A stretch of 60,796 bases of DNA, the filler included, from Sluysia triapertura (Eukaryota), in NCBI GenBank assembly GCA_046118255.1. It is 5 parts of 5 records of this genome, joined end to end, with 100 filler letters (N's around TTAATTAATTAA, not from the genome) between each part and the next. Parts side by side here need not be neighbours in the genome. Positions count along the whole stretch, not along the records: positions 49,990 to 60,796 come from JBJNIA010193216.1; 4 more parts are not named here. One strand, 5' to 3'. The position numbers and the translations under genes are program-made. Of this stretch, positions 53,487 through 60,796 are shown one piece after another. Within the stretch, counting starts at the first letter, position 1, and the number at the start of each line of letters is the position of its first letter. The notes beneath the pieces were generated by a model. It ran no database searches. It had not been told where the DNA came from and worked only from the letters and a program-made list of their open reading frames with translations.

Positions 53487-56400
53487 CTGGAATCATTATT
53501 TGTGATAGTATCCACGTCTGGTGCCTTTTTATCTTGAACTACAAAACTACTACTACTACAATCACTACTCTTAATGCGATGATGACTCAAATGCTTTTCT
53601 ATACTTTCCAATCTACACAAACGCTGATTGGTTATCGTTTCATGCAATGATTCATTTAATTCACCAGCCAACCAATCATATTGACTATTATTAGTAACAG
53701 TGGGAATCAGTGAAAATAGAGTACTAAATAAATCCGTATTATTTTCCTTTATACTTAGAAATTGATTGCCTACTGACTTACCAGTTTCAAGGTTTCGTAC
53801 TGAAAACTTGAAGGAATTGCTGTTTTCTTTAATATCGTCTTTATTTTTGAAGCATAACAATATTTCACTGATACATGAATTAGTGTCTCTGAAAAGTACA
53901 TCACAAACTTATTCAATGTATACTAAACACATTAGTATTTAATAATTTTTACTTTTATTTATATAAAAGTATAAAAGTACATCCGAATTCATTGTAAAAG
54001 TACATTTTTCTGTCATTTCAAAAATCGATCATTAAGTCAACAAAGGGTTACAAAACTTGTCATTCATATATCAAAATTAGGGTTTGCAATCCGGTACTAC
54101 AATACAGCCAAATACTGAGATTCGAAAATTATGGCCATTACCGACACTGAAGAATCAAATATTGGTTTTTAAAATTTGTTTTCAATTTCTTCACTATCAA
54201 AAGGCGAAAATTCAGTTAAATTTACCTTGAAAGAATTTAATTGTCTCAGTTCGGTCTTTTTGATTGAAAGGTACAATTCGCGACGGATGAATGAATTTGT
54301 TGGACTAATACTTTTTCTCGAAGATCCTGATATAGTAAGAAATACTAATTGTTCAATACCTTTCTTATTACCAAATTATGAAACGATAAAGAGTGGCGAA
54401 AGCAAATTTTAACAAGTTTTATCAGTCTAACGATCTCCAAACATAGACGGAAGAAGTAGGTGATACTTTGCTTTTAACTGACATTAATAATGAATCAAAT
54501 GATCCGATGCTTCAACGATATCTCGATTAAGAAATCCAATCCAAGTTTTCTATCTACTGTTGATTTAGGCAAAGACTTAAAATTATATGCCGCCCCAGGG
54601 AAGCGGTTTAGAAAAGCCATTGCACAATTAAAGCAACAAGTGTAGAATCTGAAAGAGCCTTTCCATCTGCAAAATATTTTTTAACAAAGATTCGTTCTCT
54701 GTTATCGTCCAAAACACTGGTTGTTTTGGCCTTTTTGAAGTCATACTTTGCAAATATTAAGAAATAACGAAGAACTTCTGAAGAACTTTTATTCTTTAAA
54801 CAGGCGAAAAATACATTTTAAATGCTAAATATAACATTTTTATATATTTTTGGTCCTATTACTACATGTAAGTTAATTTATTCATTTAAAAAATATGTAG
54901 AAAGAGTGCGTATAACAGTAGACACATTATTTATAAAACTGCCCTGAAATCGGTAAAAAACCGTGATTGAATTTTTCTGGCGGTAATTTACCGTGTATAA
55001 AATTTTCGGTACTTTGCAAACCCTAATCAAAATGTGTGTCCAGAAATTCAATATTCTTTTTTAAAGCAAAAAACTTGTTTTCCTTTGTTTTCTCGAAATG
55101 GAATCCATCAAAATTCGATGTCCATCTTTACTATGTAGCAGTGTGAAGCAAAATAACAATAATTTTGAAACTGTGTACTTCGGATGGTTTAAAGAATGTA
55201 TATAAAATATGAAATATTAATTTCATACCAACGTTTGATGTATACTTATTCATACCATCACCGTCGTCAGATTTAGTATAATATAATTTTTCAATAATGT
55301 AAATTTATTTGTTTCTATATAACATTAAAAGTCATATTATAGAATCGTAAAATAAACAATACAATTTCACAGTATTTTTTAAAGTAAAAACTAAAAAAGG
55401 TTATTTGACCGCTCGTGCTGCCTTTCACTGTTAAATTAGAATTCGGAAGTTGCAATAAAACTATTAATAAACTAAAAAGTATATTAACAAATTACAATTT
55501 TTCCCTTCCATGTAATACAAATTGTGCGCGTACAATTAGGTGGTAGGTCAAAAGATTCTCCCTTTCTATTTTTTATCCAACCTTAAGAGACGGAAAATTA
55601 TTTTAATATTTAATTGCGAATTTGCCGTAGAAAGAAAGAAAGAATTCAGTATTAAAACGTCTATAAATTGACATATCGCAAAACAACGGGACTGACTTTT
55701 TACAAATTACACTATATATTGTTTAATTAATTAAAACATTTAATATTCATTTATATATTTATGGGGTGCAAATTTTGCGTTTGATCCAAATATTTATCGA
55801 TTTTCATCATCTTCATCAACAACAAAGATGGAACATTACCACTGACATTGTTTAATTCCTTTTCTTAAATAATACACTGAATCATTTATATCATTATAAT
55901 TATTGTTCTCTTATTTAAAATGAATTATTTCATGACGATATGTTAATCATTCATTGTTATGTAGATTATGAGTCATATTGATAATCCTACAATTCACATT
56001 GATTCCATTATATTGGAGAATTATATGTTATATCAAAATTATATAATTCTTAAAAAGTTAGTCCTGTTGTTGTGAGATATGTCATTTGAAATCAGAATTG
56101 AAAAATTCTAACTGGTTGGCTAGATAACTGCGTTCAAAATTTCAAACATTGGAGGGACTGCAACATGAGAACACTTCACTTATCCAAAAAAACGAATGAT
56201 ACATTCAGAATCAGCGTGCCAAAATGTATTAAGTGAGTATAGTTCCATTAAAATCACTCTTTTACCTTGGAACGTATCCATTGTTAAATAGATAAAACAA
56301 TAGCCATACAACCTAACTATCGAAGGACTACGTTAAGAAATCATGGACTAGGAAATTATTGTGCGCTTCTTACCCAAAAGTACGTAGTCAATAACCATCT

Positions 56401-59101
56401 TTAATAAAAATTAAGCAAATTTAACTAACCCTTTACTAAAATTAATTTCAATATACTTCTGTTGCGAATAAAAATTATTACTGTTTTGATTTGTGAATAT
56501 GTAAAACAAAAACCAATCATTATTACTTGTAGTTAATTGATCGAAATTCACGCGAGTCAATTGGATTAAATCTGATAAATAAAAACCTGCTCTTAATTCA
56601 ATTGGTTCAAATAAACCGCTAATAAGATTATTTTTAACTCTTATTAATTGTTGTCTATTTAATTTTAAATAAACATTCATTAATCGATATTGTTCTGGAT
56701 CTATAATTTTAACCAAAATCCTAGTATCACTATTGTCAAATACTTCAATTAAATTAGTTGCTAAAGCTGTCATTGGTTGTTGAGTATATTGTTGTAAAGA
56801 TTGCACAGTTGCCGATATAGTAGTGCGAGTATACTTTTTCATATTCGATGGTGTGGATGACGTCGACGATGCTATTACTGGAGTGTTTTTTGATACAGAC
56901 GTTTGAGAATTTAATTTCGTTGTGCACGTTAAATTATCATGACTAGGATCATGTATAAAATCGAACTGTCGCTTTAAAGATTTAAAGCAAAGTTGGCAAA
57001 CAATAAAATTTGGACATTGTTTACATACGTACGCTGGTATTGGTATTGGTTTCTATATTAAATTTATATTTTTAAAAGAAATTTATCTACTGATATTTGT
57101 CAACGTTATAAAATTTGTTTAATAAAAAAACAAACTTGTTTACAATAAGCACAATTTATATCAACTTTTCTGTTACTGATTTTAATGTCTTCCAAATCAA
57201 ATTTTCCTATAATATTATTATTGAATCGCAGCATCACTTTTATAAAAGGATATTCAAATATTACTTCACGTATCACAGCATCAGAAATCGACTGTATCTG
57301 CAAAAGAGGTACAAATTTAAATATCATACATTATTATTATAATTAACCTAAGTTACAGTTGGACTTCTTTAGAGTCAATGGCTAAGAAATGCAATTAAAA
57401 TATTTGAATCTACATTGTTTATTATTATAATTTTAATGTTTAAAAAATATTTTATTTAATTAATTAATCAATGGTATTTCGAAATATATTAATAAATAAT
57501 AATATTTTATTTATTATTATTAATTTTTATAATTAAATTAACTTCTTTTTTACGAAACATGCAGGGCCGAATCTAGGGTTTTGAGCGCCATTTCATACAA
57601 GAATATACACATATTGCGAATTAAAAAAAATAGTACAAAAGGCAAAAAATCAAATAAAGAACTCTGTAAAATATTTATTTTTAAAAAAAATAATGCAATA
57701 GTTATTTACTTACAAGCGATACAACACATGGAGTAACATAATGAGCGCATTTGAAGTTTGAGCGACTAAGGAGAGAGAACTTTGAAAAGTAAGTTATGCT
57801 ATTCCTGTTGCATACTTTGTAATGCTATTTGTGAAACATTCAATAAATTAATTTTTTTGAAAATCAGTTTGTAAACAGTTTACAATATTAAAATTAGCGT
57901 TGTGACCTTCATTTGGTATTATTAAAGAAAAAAATTTATTACTTGCTAAAAAATCGTCGTCTCATGAAAAATGATCGATTTTAATTTATAAAATCTAAAA
58001 AAATATTTTATTTTTATATCGGTGTCCCGCAGTCGCCCATTTATCCGCGTTGGAAATATGACATCAGCAAATCATTTTATCACACTGGTCATATATTCAA
58101 AATGTTCGAAATCATGACAAATCCACAAATTTAGAAATGGTGCCAGATAGAAAGCGATACTTCAAAAAAGGATAATGTAAGAATGCATCATGTAAGTGTT
58201 GAGTTGGAGCAAAAATTCGTGCGGTTTTATTTTCTGCAAAGAAAACACACCAACTTCTTGTTTAAACTGATTTGAGTTATATTCATTCAGCTGAATTATC
58301 TATTTAAATCATTTTAGACTAACTTTCACGTTCATTACCCTCATTAAAATGGAGTGTCAGGTAGATAAAAATTAACATTTCCGGCATCTACTACTTTTCT
58401 ATTTTAATCAACATTTAAACGCTGCAGAAGCCGCCAGGAGAAAAGGCAGTGAAAATTAACAGTGGAAATTAACCATTCTACTAACAAGAATGGACAGCCA
58501 TTGGATGTCACCTTTTGATTTCTTCATTGGAAATATCAAAAATGTATTGTTTAAAAAATGCCAGATTTAAGTCAAAGTCTTGCTTTGTGGATATTACCAT
58601 GATGTCATGTGTTGAAAATTATTACCATGACATTATCTGTGTGTGACAAATGCATTTAGCTGAACACAATAAATTTATTAATCTCAACTGTGACAGCGAT
58701 GTGCAAGTAGTGTGCGAAAAGTAAATTTTAAGTTCAAAATGATACAGATTTAACAAATCAAAATTAAGCAGTAATAAAACTAATTACAAGTGGTATATGA
58801 GTTTTCAATTTAGCTTCATCAGTCAATGTAACTCGATCACCAATATAAAGTGGATATGGAATTAAGGGTCGAGCATGGTTGGTTGGTATCCAAACGGATT
58901 TGTTGTTTACACAATTGGACAGTTTTATTTCATAACTATTATTGGTTGAATCAAATCCAATAATCTTAATGAATAAATTATTATACACCAACTAAAAACT
59001 AACATGTCCTTTTTGACCAACAGATATCAAGTTTTCTATGCTTTTTATGCATACCATTTCAATGGGTCCGGTTATTTCTGATTTAAAAGAAAATTCTTGT
59101 T
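53244..59101 (-). CDS. HERC2: HERC2-like E3 ubiquitin ligase, partial (exons 59101-59004, 58964-58788, 57297-57136, 57052-56430, 53888-53487, 53424-53244)
   Basis: Domain order CPH-like ([22 protein letters not shown]), IGDRV, ZZ ([22 protein letters not shown]), DOC-like (..KYIEI), then RLD2 start [29 protein letters not shown], which matches HERC2 [33 protein letters not shown]. All junctions are GT-AG with compatible phases; extra small exons between 56430 and 53888 are possible. Confidence 0.88.
54078..55025 (+). mobile_element. Non-autonomous hAT transposon, 948 bp, perfect 8-bp TSD, in a HERC2 intron
   Basis: atcaaaat|tagggtttgcaa ... ttgcaaacccta|atcaaaat. Retains the hAT dimerisation motif [37 protein letters not shown] (~54620-54765). 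Confidence 0.95.
57562..58052. mobile_element. hAT-type MITE with 8-bp TSD (7/8 match)
   Basis: gaaacatg|cagggccgaatcta ... ttatccgcgttg|gaaatatg; second partial copy at 47897-48103. Confidence 0.75.
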
Positions 59102-60210
59102 CTAAAATAGTTATATTCAGTATATAAAATAATGTGCTACTGATTACATAATTTATTATCTATTTATTATATCTATTCGATCAACTTTGCCTGTAAAATA
59201 TTTTATAATTTACATGTGGTATATATGTATATACAAGGTTTCCCAAAAGTAACCTCAAACTTAAATAAAAATTAGATATCAAAAACGACAAATGTAATTT
59301 CTTCTTTTATGTCATTTTATGTTATCTTCGCTACTAATCATTTCATTTTGCAAATAGTAATCTTTGTAATGACTTTTGTTGCATGATCTTATTGATTTTG
59401 TTTGATTTTTTTGTTTACCGTGTACTTCTGGACCCTCATTCTTAAAAATGCAGCGAAAGGCTTTAGATTTAAACGAACATTAAGAATTACTAGATACAGG
59501 TATGTTGAAGAAAGATGGGAAATAAACTTATATTAATTTATATTTATAGTTATATAAATTAATCAGCCATTCTAATGACTTTAGAAAGTAATATGTAATT
59601 GTAATTTTTAAAATAATAAGTAAACTTATCAATAATATATTCATTTTTCTTTCCTTTATTAATTATTTTCACTTTTAATTATCTAAATGTTGCTTTTATT
59701 TAGATTCAATCTAGCGTTTGTCTTTTAACTCAAGAAAAAGACCGTTATTTGACAATGTATGAAGAAGTTAGTTGTTAAATTTGTACATTTGTATGTAGGT
59801 AAATAAATTTAAAGCTTTATATACTCTAAATGCAAAATTACTCGAAAAATAAAAAGAAAATATTAAGTTATAATTATTTTTACATTTTCTTTGATAATAA
59901 TAATCTTAAACTTGAAATATAAAAACAAAAGAAAATATAATTTAAACTAGAATTAATTTTAAAGAAGTTATTTTAATTTAAATAATTGAATTTTAAATTA
60001 TTGCCATGAAACATTACTTCTGTGTCAATTAATAAAGTAATACATGAAATTAATTTATTACATTAATCGTTGTCTAATTTTTTATGTTATGTTTTTAAAA
60101 TCATGATTTAAATTTAGAATTATTTTCGTTTGATATAAAATAATATAAATGAAGTCTGTCTTAACTGTAGAAAGAATGGATATCTTTTAACGACCGCATT
60201 CAGAAAATCA

Positions 60211-60745
60211 ATGATTTCTGTACCTTGTAAATGTCCTACTGCTGAATCAATAAATAAACCTAAACTAATAGCTGACTATAATGTAAATATGAGTGGAGTC
60301 GATCTTTGTGATCAATTGCTAGTTTATTATGCCATGAACCGAAAAACCACAAAACGGTGGAAGCTAGTCTATTTTCGTTTATTGGATTTAGCTGTTATAA
60401 ATGCTGTGGTGTCGATGACAAGTGTTTTTCCAGAGGAGGGTGAGGAAAGACAGTTTCATAAGAAATTTAGAATGGAATTGGCCCACCAGCTGGTACAGCC
60501 GTTGTTAGGCGTATACTTGCAGTCTGAAGTTCGACGTTCGGTTGGGCGTAAACCACAGCCTTCGGATTCAAGATTGCAAAGAAAACACTTTGCACACACG
60601 TCGTAGTTGTGTTGTGTGTGCATATGATAAAACACCTGCTGGAAAGTATAGAAAAGCAAAGACCACAAACTATTGTACAAAGTGTTGTAAATATGTTTGT
60701 CGAAACTGCTTCGAGAGACATCATACACGCTCAGATATCAAGTGA
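60211..60745 (+). mobile_element. piggyBac transposase C-terminal half with cysteine-rich domain, one frameshift near 60600
   Basis: KPKLIADYNVNMSGVDLCDQ..YYAMNRKTTKRWKLVYFRLLDLAVINA..KFRMELAHQL; CVVC..TNYCTKCCKYVCRNCFERHH. Confidence 0.92.
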
Positions 60746-60796
60746 ATAGTGTGTATTATAGCAGTTAAATTTTTGTGGCTGTTTTACTGTATGTTT

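Noticed and set aside
12574-59101. Functional cluster of Aurora, WHD protein, LTA4H, PAK and HERC2
   Set aside because: Apart from Aurora and the WHD ORF, the genes lie on different artificially joined scaffolds.

Overview
Very AT-rich (visually about 25% GC) animal genomic DNA with GT-AG introns as short as 39 nt. The window is not one locus. Four identical 100-nt spacers (44 N + TTAATTAATTAA + 44 N) join five independent scaffolds: 1-10957, 11058-22574, 22675-34555, 34656-49889 and 49990-60796. Host genes are partial: the last 2 exons of an Aurora kinase, the last 3 exons of leukotriene A4 hydrolase, one exon of a group I PAK kinase, and 6 exons of a strongly diverged HERC2 (CPH-ZZ-DOC-RLD2 region). 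There is also a frameshifted WAVE-homology (NHS/GUK-holder-like) ORF behind a CCAAT promoter. The rest is mostly decayed transposons (Tc1, mariner, IS630-like, hAT with target-site duplications, piggyBac plus a TTAA MITE, L2 LINE, Gypsy/LTR-like, probable Helitron ends) and (AAT)n microsatellites. The most unusual items are an intact 256-codon intronless chimeric ORF fusing AHCY, mitochondrial Hsp70 and cadherin-like fragments, a ~300-nt intronic fold-back of repeat-derived sequence, and a HERC2 ZZ finger lacking its ligand-binding aspartates. I found no convincing multi-gene novel system. All protein identifications are by-eye motif recognition, not database searches.
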